DNA of 64,000 nucleotides, taken from NCBI GenBank assembly GCA_965228475.1, contig OZ245817.1, positions 32,001 through 96,000 of the forward strand, read 5' to 3'. Source of the DNA: Myxococcota bacterium. GTDB lineage: Bacteria; Myxococcota_A; UBA9160; JAFDDA01. Under the pieces are notes generated by a model. The model was not told the DNA's origin. It made no database searches and saw nothing but the letters and a program-made list of their open reading frames with translations. Every line of letters begins with the position of its first letter. The stretch's first letter is position 1. Both the position numbers and the translations under genes were made by a program. Shown one piece after another: positions 1-8,900 of this stretch.

Positions 1-1890
1 CGGGCCGGTCGCCGCGAGCACGGCGCGATAGGTCAGGAAGCTCGCGCCGTAGGCCAGGGCGAGCAGGTAGCCGAAGGCGAAGGCCGGCCAGCGCCAGGAG
101 GCCGTCTCGCGCCGCATGATGGCGAGGGTCGACATGCACTGGAGCGCGAAGACGAAGAACACGAGGAGCGATGCGACCGCCGCGGGCGTGAAGACCTTCT
201 GGCCGGTCCGCGGGTCGACGTCGGCGCGGATCGCCTCGCGCAGGCTCGCCTCCTCGTCGGTGGCCGCGTAGATCTGGGCCAGCGTCGCGACGATCACCTC
301 GCGCGCCGCCAGGCTCGCGACGAGCCCGACGCCGATCTTCCAATCGAAGCCGAGCGGCGCGATGGCCGGCTCGATGGCGTGGCCGAGCCGCCCCGCGGCG
401 CTCTGCTCGAGGGCGTAGCGCGCGGCCTCGGCCTCGCTGGCTCCGGCCGGCGCCTCGACGCGCGGGAAGGTCAGGAGCACCCAGAGCACCATGGTCACGA
501 GCAGGATGATCGTCCCCGCCCGGCGCAGGAAAGCCCAGGCGCGGTCCCAGACCTGCCAGAGGACGAGCCGGACGGTCGGCACGCGATAGGGCGGGAGCTC
601 CATGTAGAACGGCAGGCCGTCGCTCGGCGCGACCGTCTTCTTGAGCAGGGCGGCGACGGCGAAGGCCGAGAGCGAGCCGAGCAGGTACAGGCCGAAGAGC
701 ACCAGCCCCTGGAGTCCGAAGGGCCCGACCTGGCTCGCGGGTACGAAGGCCGCGATCAGCAGCGCGTAGACCGGGAGCCGTGCCGAGCAGGTCATGAGCG
801 GGGAGACGAGGATCGTGACGAGGCGGTCGCGCGCGGAGGGCACGCTGCGCGTGGCCATGATGCCCGGGATCGCGCAGGCGAACGAGGAGAGCAGCGCCAC
901 GAAGGAGCGCCCTTCGAGCCCGATGCGTCCCATGGCGCGGTCGACGACGAAGGCGGCGCGCGCCATGTAGCCCAGGTTCTCGAGCGTCGAGAGCAGCACG
1001 AACAGCAGCATGATCTGCGGCAGGAAGATCACGACGCCGCCGACCCCGGCGATCAGGCCGTCGACGAGGAAGTCCCGGAGGAGGCCTTCCGGGAGCGCGC
1101 CGCCGACCGCCTCGCCGAGGCTCCCGACGCCCGCGTCGATGGCGTCCATGGCCGGCGCGGCCCAGGCGAAGATCGCCTGGAAGAAGAGGATCATCACCGC
1201 GATGAACAGGAGCGTCCCGCCGACGGGGTGGAGGACGACGCGGTCGATGGCTTCGGTCAGGGCGTGCTGGCCGGGCCGCTCCTCGAGCACGCTCGCGAGG
1301 ATCGAATCCACCCAGGCCGCGCGCTCCTCGACGCTGCGGGGCGCCGGGACGACCGGGCGCTCCCAGCTCTCGGGCTCCCCGATCCGGGCCCGGAGCGCAT
1401 CGAGGCCGACGCCGCGGTGCCCGACCACGGGCACGACCGGGATGCCGAGGGCGGCTTCGAGCCGCTCGCGGTCGAGGCGGCCGCCCCGGGCCGCGAGCTC
1501 GTCGATCATGGTGAGTACGAGGCAGGTCGGCCGGCCGAGGGCGAGCACCTCGCCGACCAGGAGCAGCGAGCGCTCGAGGGCGCAGGCGTCGGCCACCACC
1601 ATGAGGGCGTCGGGGGCCGGGACGTCCGGGACGTCCCCCGCCAGGGAGGCGGCCACGACGGCCTCGTCGGGGCTTACCGGAGAGAGGCCGTAGGTCCCGG
1701 GGAGATCGACGACGCGGATGCGCCGGCCCCCGGACTCGGTCTCCCCTTCCCGGTGCTCGACGGTCACGCCGGGGTAGTTCCCGACCTTCGCCCGCAGGCC
1801 GGTCAGGGCGTTGAACAGCGTGGTCTTGCCGCAGTTCGGGCTGCCGACCAGCCCGACGCGGATCTCCGCCGCATCCGCCGCCGCAGTCAC
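1..1890 (-). CDS. feoB: Ferrous iron transporter B (3' end runs off the window)
   Basis: Manual minus-strand translation from GTG at 1890 (GTGA overlap with the feoA stop) gives the G1 motif GSPNCGKTTLFNALT, then GNYPGVT, DLPG and the membrane domain with CSARLPVY. Confidence 0.95.
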   Translation of the reverse strand, partial: MTAAADAAEIRVGLVGSPNCGKTTLFNALTGLRAKVGNYPGVTVEHREGETESGGRRIRVVDLPGTYGLSPVSPDEAVVAASLAGDVPDVPAPDALMVVADACALERSLLLVGEVLALGRPTCLVLTMIDELAARGGRLDRERLEAALGIPVVPVVGHRGVGLDALRARIGEPESWERPVVPAPRSVEERAAWVDSILASVLEERPGQHALTEAIDRVVLHPVGGTLLFIAVMILFFQAIFAWAAPAMDAIDAGVGSLGEAVGGALPEGLLRDFLVDGLIAGVGGVVIFLPQIMLLFVLLSTLENLGYMARAAFVVDRAMGRIGLEGRSFVALLSSFACAIPGIMATRSVPSARDRLVTILVSPLMTCSARLPVYALLIAAFVPASQVGPFGLQGLVLFGLYLLGSLSAFAVAALLKKTVAPSDGLPFYMELPPYRVPTVRLVLWQVWDRAWAFLRRAGTIILLVTMVLWVLLTFPRVEAPAGASEAEAARYALEQSAAGRLGHAIEPAIAPLGFDWKIGVGLVASLAAREVIVATLAQIYAATDEEASLREAIRADVDPRTGQKVFTPAAVASLLVFFVFALQCMSTLAIMRRETASWRWPAFAFGYLLALAYGASFLTYRAVLAATGP

Positions 1891-2111
1891 GAAGCGTGCA
1901 CCTCGACGAGGCTCGCTTCGCCCCGCCGGAGCGCGATCCGATAGCCCCGCAGCTCGTAGAGGGTCGGGTCGCCGAGCGGCGCCCGCCGCACGACCCGGAC
2001 CTCGGTGCCGGGGCAGAAGCCCAGGTCCGCGAGCCGGGTGGCCAGGGGTTCGGCGGCCGCGATCGCGCGGACGCGCGCGGCAGCGCCGGGCTCGAGCCGG
2101 TCGAGACTCAT
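1887..2111 (-). CDS. feoA: FeoA SH3-like protein
   Basis: RLADLGFCPGTEVRVVRRAPLGDP...IALRR signature; sits directly upstream of feoB. ATG at 2111 chosen as start. Confidence 0.93.
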   Translation of the reverse strand: MSLDRLEPGAAARVRAIAAAEPLATRLADLGFCPGTEVRVVRRAPLGDPTLYELRGYRIALRRGEASLVEVHAS

Positions 2112-2160
2112 GGCATCGCTCTTCAAGGACGGGGGCCTCCGCGGGCGGGCGGCGGAGCGT

Positions 2161-2180
2161 AATTGAAAATCGTTTTCAAA
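2161..2180. promoter_or_regulatory. Fur-box-like palindrome upstream of feoAB
   Basis: AATTGAAAATCGTTTTCAAA contains the inverted repeat TTGAAAA-N3-TTTTCAA. It resembles the 7-1-7 Fur box, is AT-rich in a GC-rich context and lies 50 bp upstream of feoA. Confidence 0.75.
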
Positions 2181-2250
2181 ACCAGGGGTTCCCGCCTATG
2201 GGAACGCGTTCGCAAACCGCGGCCGGTGGGGCGCAAGTGACCGACGTTGC

Positions 2251-3267
2251 TCACGTTCCGTCGAAGTCGTGCTCCGTGGTCAGCTGCCGTGTCATGAGCA
2301 GGCTGCGCGCCTGCTCCGGCCGGACCTCGCCGTCGAGCAGGGCCCGGACCATCTGGGTGATGGGCATGTCGACGCCGAGCGCATTGGCCAGGCCGCAGGC
2401 GGCGCGGGTCGTGCGGATGCCCTCGGCCACCTCGTTCATGTCCGCGACGATCTCCGCGAGCGATCGGCCGCGGCCGAGCTCGAGCCCGACCTTCCGGTTG
2501 CGGGAGAGGTCGCCGGTGCAGGTGAGGACCAGGTCGCCCATGCCCGAGAGGCCCAGGAAGGTGGTCGGTTTGGCGCCCATCCGGGTGCCGAGGCGGGTGA
2601 TCTCGTTCAAGCCGCGGGTCATCAGCCCGGCCCGCGCGTTCAGTCCGAGTTCGAGGCCGTCGCAGATGCCGACGGCGATGGCGACGACGTTCTTGAGCGC
2701 CCCGCCGAGCTCCACGCCCACCACGTCGTCGTGGGAGTAGCAGCGGAACCAGTCGCAGGAGAGCGTGGTCTGGACCGCGATGGCGTAGGCCTCCTCCTCG
2801 CAGGCCAGGGTCACCGAGGTCGGCTTGCCGTCGGCGATCTCGCGGGCGAAGGACGGCCCGGAGAGGAACACCAGCCGGGCGTGATGCTCCTCGGGCAGGC
2901 AATCGCGCAGGACCTCGTCCATGCGCGCGCCGGTCTCGACCTCGATCCCCTTCACGGTGGAGACGAGGATGGCGTCCTCGGGCAGGAGCGGCGCGGCGCG
3001 CTTCATCAGCTCCCGGACGCCGTGGCTCGGGACGGCGAGGATCACCATCTCGCGGCCCGCGAGGGCCGTGGCGAGATCCGCGGTGGCGCGGACGTTCTCC
3101 GAGAGCGGGACGTCGCTCAGATAGTTCGGGTTGTGACGGTCGCGCTCGATGGCCTCGGCCGTTGCCGGGTCGCGCGCCCAGAGCGTCACGTCGTGCTCGC
3201 GTGCGGCGAGCATCGCCAGGCAGGTGCCGAAACTGCCGGCGCCGAGCACCGCGACGGGAGTGGTCAC
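2251..3267 (-). CDS. gpsA: NAD(P)H-dependent glycerol-3-phosphate dehydrogenase
   Basis: GAGSFG Rossmann motif, SGPSFA, GGALKNVVAIA, GDLVLTC, SRN. Confidence 0.97.
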   Translation of the reverse strand: MTTPVAVLGAGSFGTCLAMLAAREHDVTLWARDPATAEAIERDRHNPNYLSDVPLSENVRATADLATALAGREMVILAVPSHGVRELMKRAAPLLPEDAILVSTVKGIEVETGARMDEVLRDCLPEEHHARLVFLSGPSFAREIADGKPTSVTLACEEEAYAIAVQTTLSCDWFRCYSHDDVVGVELGGALKNVVAIAVGICDGLELGLNARAGLMTRGLNEITRLGTRMGAKPTTFLGLSGMGDLVLTCTGDLSRNRKVGLELGRGRSLAEIVADMNEVAEGIRTTRAACGLANALGVDMPITQMVRALLDGEVRPEQARSLLMTRQLTTEHDFDGT

Positions 3268-3274
3268 GGCGGGC

Positions 3275-3283
3275 AGTGTATCA
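3275..3283 (-). promoter_or_regulatory. Extended -10 promoter (TGnTACACT) for gpsA, probably leaderless
   Basis: Minus strand reads TGA-TACACT, 7 nt, then the GTG start; no SD sequence. Confidence 0.5.
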
Positions 3284-3438
3284 GCCTGGCACGAAGCATC
3301 GGGCCGCTCGTGCCCCCGGGGGCCGCGAATCGGGTGCGGTCGCCCGGCCCGTGGAGGGAGTCAATTCGACGACTGTACGCCCGCGTTGCTCCCGGGGTAG
3401 TCTCAGCAGGCTCGTGCTGAGCTTGGAGCAAGGATGGA

Positions 3439-3636
3439 ATGTTCAGGAGGGTCGTGCAGAACGTCGGCATCATGATCGCGACGGCTGCACTCGTGGCCGG
3501 ATGGGGGCTCCTGGATCGGGAGTCAGGCCTCGAGAGCTGGTTCGAGCTACGCGAGCAAGTGAGAACCGCGACCGAGAATCTCGATCGCTACAAGCTCGAG
3601 GCAAGAAGTCTTGACCGAGAGTCGAGAGGGCCCTGA
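3439..3636 (+). CDS. FtsB/septum-formation-initiator-like small membrane protein (short, possibly truncated or frameshifted)
   Basis: N-terminal TM helix, then LLDRESGLESWFELREQV... heptad coiled coil, as in FtsB/DivIC. The -1 frame continues PRVERALTLAR, resembling the FtsB C-terminal motif. Confidence 0.6.
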   Translation: MFRRVVQNVGIMIATAALVAGWGLLDRESGLESWFELREQVRTATENLDRYKLEARSLDRESRGP

Positions 3637-3638
3637 CC

Positions 3639-5000
3639 CTGGCGCGCAGTTCCCCTTCAGATGCCGCTCGAGTCTTCATCTCTTCCACGTCCGAGGATCT
3701 TCGCGAGGACCGCGCCAGTACGATCCGGATGCTCCGGCAGCTCGGGTGCAATCCTATTGCGATGGAGGATTTTGCGCCGGGTGGTTCGCCCCCACTACAG
3801 CGTTGTGTCCAGGAAGTCCGCGCGTGTGATGCCTACGTCGGGATATTCGCCTGGCGTTACGGCTACGTGCCAGAGGGGCACGAGAAGAGTATCACCGAGC
3901 TCGAGTACGAGGCCGCTCTCGCGGCAGGGCTGGAAGTGTTTATCTTCCTCATCGACGAAGATTCTCATAGCCCAGACGATGAGATCGGCACGCGCTTCGA
4001 GGCTGTTAGAGACCTCCGTGCCAAGCTGATGAAGAATCACGTTGTCGCTTTCTTTCGGGGTGCCAACGACTTGGCGCCCAAGGTAGTTACGTCGGTTGCG
4101 AAGTGGTTGGCCGGGTCCCGGCGCGAAGATCGCTCGCCGAGTGTTCCTGGCCTGCTCCCCTACCTGAGCGACAGAGATCGGCAAGTCCTCGAGGTCTTTA
4201 GGCTCTTGGAGCAGCGCTCAGCGGGTCAACGCCGCCCCACCTTCATCCTGATGCATGGTGGTTTGGAGCAAGCACACGACACGTTCGTGGATCGACTCAT
4301 TCATCAGGAGCTACCACGGCTTCTCAGGCTGGACCCCACGACCGAGCGAGTGACGCACTTGCCATTGCGATGGCGCGGGGGCGGCACGAGAACAGATCGG
4401 CTCGATTCGCTGGAGCTGCAGCTTGCGCAGGCGCTGGCGAGTCCTTCGCTGGAAGTCCAAGCGCCGAGCACCCTCGGATCGGAGTGGCGGGAGATCGCTT
4501 CCGCCGGGTCCGGGGTACTACTGATCACTTCGATGATCGGTAGCCACGAGTGGCACCACGACGAGGAGGATCTCATCGACTCTTGGATGGGACTCTGGCG
4601 AGGCTTCCCCGATTTGGCACCGGCGAGGTACATCGTTGTGATTGTTGGGGTCCAGTACCGTTCCTCCCCCGAATCTGGGTGGTTGTTTCGAAGAAGGAGC
4701 CGTCGTCAACACGCTGAGATTCGTCGCAGCCTTCGGGCCCTGACTGCCCGAGGGATGGATCGACTTGTCGTCGGCCTGCTGCCGGAACTCTCCAGCGTGA
4801 CCGAAGGGGATGTCGAGGAGTGGATGAAGGATCGGGTCCCAGAATTCTGTGAAGCAACTGGGCGTGACCCCGTGTTGATTCGGGAGCATCTGCTTCCCAA
4901 GGTGAGGGATCTGTTTCGTGATACCCGGGCTCCGATCCCGATGGCGACATTGGGCCCGCAGCTTCGTATGTTGCTCGCGGAAGAGGGCAAGAAGATATGA
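3639..5000 (+). CDS. DUF4062 (TIR/NDT-like) domain fused to an iSTAND (inactive STAND) domain
   Basis: The frame is open from 3615. RVFISSTSEDLREDR lies upstream of the ATG at 3729, followed by MEDF, DAYVGIFAWRYGYVP and SITELEY (DUF4062). The C-terminal half starts LLPYLSDRDRQ...ILMHG...HDTFVDRL, typical of iSTAND. Start uncertain (CTG at 3639 assumed). Confidence 0.78.
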   Translation: MARSSPSDAARVFISSTSEDLREDRASTIRMLRQLGCNPIAMEDFAPGGSPPLQRCVQEVRACDAYVGIFAWRYGYVPEGHEKSITELEYEAALAAGLEVFIFLIDEDSHSPDDEIGTRFEAVRDLRAKLMKNHVVAFFRGANDLAPKVVTSVAKWLAGSRREDRSPSVPGLLPYLSDRDRQVLEVFRLLEQRSAGQRRPTFILMHGGLEQAHDTFVDRLIHQELPRLLRLDPTTERVTHLPLRWRGGGTRTDRLDSLELQLAQALASPSLEVQAPSTLGSEWREIASAGSGVLLITSMIGSHEWHHDEEDLIDSWMGLWRGFPDLAPARYIVVIVGVQYRSSPESGWLFRRRSRRQHAEIRRSLRALTARGMDRLVVGLLPELSSVTEGDVEEWMKDRVPEFCEATGRDPVLIREHLLPKVRDLFRDTRAPIPMATLGPQLRMLLAEEGKKI

Positions 5001-5965
5001 ACAGACGGATCTTCACGACCGCTGACTCGCCGGATGGTTCTTGGGGCTCGTCGATCGATCGTCGACCTCTGGTAGCGCCTGAGGGATACCAAGCTGACGA
5101 TCGACTAAGGGATGCGGTCAGCGTATCCCTTCATCTCGGCCAGCCGCTTCTATTGACCGGAGAACCGGGAACCGGGAAGACGCAGCTGGCCTTCTCACTC
5201 GCTTGGGAGCTTGGCCTTGGGACTCCGCTGGGGTTTGATACGAAATCAACCAGCACGTCACGAGATCTATTCTACTCCTACGATTCTTTGGGTCGCTTTC
5301 ACGCTGCTCAGGCCGGGGGTGGAACCGCGAATCCGATCGACTATCTCCACTTCAACGCCCTCGGTCTCGCTGTCCTTCGCGCGACGCCACCCGAGAGCTA
5401 CTCCGATCTCAAGGATGCCCTGGGCGAGACTGCGCATCGGAAGCGGTCGGTGGTTTTGATCGACGAGATCGATAAGGCGCCCCGTGATTTCTCGAATGAT
5501 CTCCTCGCCGAACTCGAGGAGATGTATTTTAGGATTCCCGAACTGGCGAATCTCGTGGTCGCGGCAGACCCGGAGTATCGCCCCATCGTTGTCGTCACTA
5601 GCAACTCCGAGCGAAATCTTCCGGACGCGTTCCTGCGTCGCTGCGCCTACCACCACATCGAGTTCCCGGATCGAGATCGCATGCAGAGAATCGTCGCAGC
5701 TCGCCTCGGTGAACGAGTCGCTAAGGACCGGGAGTCGCTGGATCTAGCTCTTGATTTCTTTGAGGCCCTACGTGACCCAGCAACGACGCTCGCAAAGAAG
5801 CCCTCGACCGGCGAGTTCCTAGTTTGGTTGCGAATTCTGTCGGACCGAGGCGTTGGGCGAAACCCGCGGGAATGGGGGGCGACCCTGAGCGCCCTCGTGA
5901 AGACATCCGATGATTCGAGGCGGGCTCTGGGCCTTCTAGCCCGTTTCCGCACCCTGTCCGAGTAG
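4997..5965 (+). CDS. MoxR-family AAA+ ATPase (ternary conflict-system type)
   Basis: Walker A GEPGTGKT, Walker B VVLIDEIDKA, TSNSERNLPDAFLRRC, DLFYSYDSLGRF; ATGA overlap with the upstream gene. Confidence 0.93.
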   Translation: MNRRIFTTADSPDGSWGSSIDRRPLVAPEGYQADDRLRDAVSVSLHLGQPLLLTGEPGTGKTQLAFSLAWELGLGTPLGFDTKSTSTSRDLFYSYDSLGRFHAAQAGGGTANPIDYLHFNALGLAVLRATPPESYSDLKDALGETAHRKRSVVLIDEIDKAPRDFSNDLLAELEEMYFRIPELANLVVAADPEYRPIVVVTSNSERNLPDAFLRRCAYHHIEFPDRDRMQRIVAARLGERVAKDRESLDLALDFFEALRDPATTLAKKPSTGEFLVWLRILSDRGVGRNPREWGATLSALVKTSDDSRRALGLLARFRTLSE

Positions 5966-5970
5966 ATTCC

Positions 5971-8900
5971 TTGCTCCCGTCCGAAGAGTCACTCTTCGAC
6001 CTGCTCGACGAGCTGCGCTCCGCGGGACTTGGGATCGGGACAGAACACTACATTCAGGCGCAAGAGCTGCGTGTCTCCTTCGAGCAAGGCGCGCGATCGC
6101 AGAGCGACTTGTTGTCGTGGCTTGCACCTTTGTTGTGCTCGAGCCCTTCCGATCTGGAGACATTCTCAGAGGTTGCGGAATCCTGGAGCTCTCGAAGCGT
6201 CAATCGTGGCCGTCGCGAGTTTCCGTGGAGCCTCGGCCTCGGAAAGCTCCGTCGAGGGTTCTACGGCTGGCTAGGTCGCTGCCTCGGGAGATCGATTGGG
6301 CGTTGGTCGGGTGGCGCCCGCCTACTTACCGAGCTCAGGAAGCCAGACCGTCTTGGGGCCGTCACCGTAGGGTTGGTCGTTGGGGGCCTGGGCGTTCTCT
6401 TCGTCAGGAACGAGATCCTCGATCTCCGCTACGAGCTAGGCGAGATCTCCCAACAGGTCCTGGCGTTGGACGCCGAGGTTCGAAGTGTTCGAGGGCTGAC
6501 GGGCGGGGACGTCGTGCTTGATTCACCAGACCCGAGTTCCGTTTCCGTGACCGGCGTGATTGTCGACGAGGATGGACAGCCACTAGAAGGCGCGCAGGTC
6601 GAGATCCTAGGCGCACTCGGGGAGACTCGGTCTCTCGAACTCCATCTCGGCCCGCCCTTGGGGGTCGGTTTTCAGGGAAGCAACATCGTTGCGGTGGGCT
6701 CCGAAGAGGGGCGCCCGAAGGTGGTTCGCTGGAACCCAGAGCGTGCAGAGCCAGAGACTTGGTACCTGGAAGCTGATGCACCGAGGCATGCGGAGCTCTT
6801 TCCCGACGCCAGCTCGGTCATTCTGTCGTCTGAGCAGGGAGAGATTTCTCTCTTCGACATCGGGTCCAGCCAAAGCCGTTGGCGAAAGGTGATCCGGGGA
6901 CAAGTGCTTCGAGTGGCATCGTCTCCCCTCTCGACCGGCAGAGCATTCCTTGTTGTGTCCTGGAATCGAGGAATTCTCAGTGCCGAATGGTTCACGATCA
7001 ACGGCAACGGAGAGTCAGCGTCCCTCGTACGGACCATCGAGTCGGATCTCCCAAAGCTGATCGAGACCGAAGTATCCGAGGTCGACTTCCGAGTTCTCGC
7101 TTTGGTCGAGAGTTCCTCAGAGGTCATTGCCTTGGGAATGAGCCGGGCGGGTTCAGAACGGTGGTCACTGCCGGTGGTGGGGGCAGTGGACCTGGGAATG
7201 TCGGGTCAACGCTGGGTGGTCGCTCGAGAGGACTCGATCGAGCTCTACTCGCGAGGGTCGTTGGTCTTGGAGCTCGACGAGGTTGCCGGCGTCAGTGACG
7301 TCGACCTGCGCGAGGACGCTCTGGTCATCGAGACGTCCGAAAGGAGCCTAGCAGTCGTTGATCCGGAGTCTGGAACTCTGAACGTGGATTCTCGAGGGCC
7401 CCCGGACGGCCCGGTCGCGTGGCTCATAACCCAAACGACGATGCATGGTGAAGACCCAGTCTTGCGACGATGGGTTCACGGTCGTCCGACAGAAGCGACG
7501 CTTTCGATCAACAGTCAGAGCGGCGGCCCGAGCCCCGGGAGAGACGGTCACGGCGCGCAGTATCAAGTCGCCCCTGTGACCGCGCTGACTTCCGCGGTCC
7601 GACCCGATGGGCTCGGGGTTGCGACTCTCGGCCTTGGCGGGGTCCTTAGATTTCATGGAGTGCCCCTCGTGAGGACGACGAATCCTCTCGGGCGTTTCCG
7701 TGCCAAGTATCGTTCTCTTGGCGCCTTGACGTTGGTGCGAGCCGAGGCTGCGCCGTACGAATCGCGGACACTTCTGCTACCCGTCGAATCGTCGAGGGCA
7801 GACGTTCAGATTTCCCTCGACGTCGCACAGGTCTCCTCCGGGAAGCCGCTGGTAGAGTCGGTCTTCCTCGGTGTAGCTGTTGCGGTTGCAACGACGCTGG
7901 GCGTCTTCCTGTTGGCTCTGGGACGCCCGCGGGCCGTTGCTGAGCGGGCAGACTCTACGGCGCAGGACGATGCTCCTTCGCTCGCCCTGGCTCAGGGCGG
8001 AGAAAGGGAGCTGATCGATCCGCATGTGATCGACCGAATCAGCCAAGTAGGGGGCGTAGGCGGATCGTCGTTGCAGGCTCGCCTGGACGTTGAAGCGACG
8101 GTCAGGGCAACGGCTGAAGCAGCGGGCCACTTCAAGCCCATCCACGAGGAGATCAGTAGCGATGAGAGGTACCTCGCGCTCATAGATGCGCGCGGGGCGG
8201 GAGACCATCAAGCGCTACTGGTCCTCCATCTGCTCGAGACGCTCGCGAGCCGAGGCTTCCAGGCCACGTGTTTCACATTCCACTCCGATCCGAGGGTCTG
8301 TCGATCGGTTGATTCAGAATCGGATCTTTGGTCGTTGAGTCGCCTTGCCGCGAAGTACTCTGAGCATTCGCTGCTGATCTTTTGCAATCCGGAACAGTGC
8401 TGCGATCTCACGGCTGGAGGCTTGCAGCCCTGGGTTAAGGGGCTGGAGAGTTTCCGCTCCCGCGCAATCCTCGATCCACAGCCGGGAATGCTCTCTGGGG
8501 AGCTGGTGGACTCCCTCACCTCCGCGAACATCTCGGTCGTTCCCTCAACGCCGGAGGGCGTCGAGAGGTTGCTAGCAGGGGCTCGGCATCCGGAACGGGA
8601 GCCTCGCGAACCTCACTCCCCCATCCTTCTGGAACGGCCCCTTCGATGGCTCGACGAAGCCCCTCCACCCGAAGCCGATCAGGACCGTCTCTGTGTGGAG
8701 CTCATTGCGAGCCTTGGCTTCGATGACTTCAATCTGCTTGCAGCATGCGCCGTTTACCCGATCCTCGACTGGCCCCTCACGATCCTGCTTCTGAGGGCAC
8801 TCGACGCCTCGAAGCCCCTGGAGGCGCGTTTTGGGCAGCTACTCAGGTTCTCCCGGCTCCCTTGGTTTCGTGTGGGTTGGATGCCGGACTGGTTGCGCAG

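Noticed and set aside
3288..3302. TGGCACG sigma54-like -24 element
   Set aside because: The required TTGC at -12 is absent.
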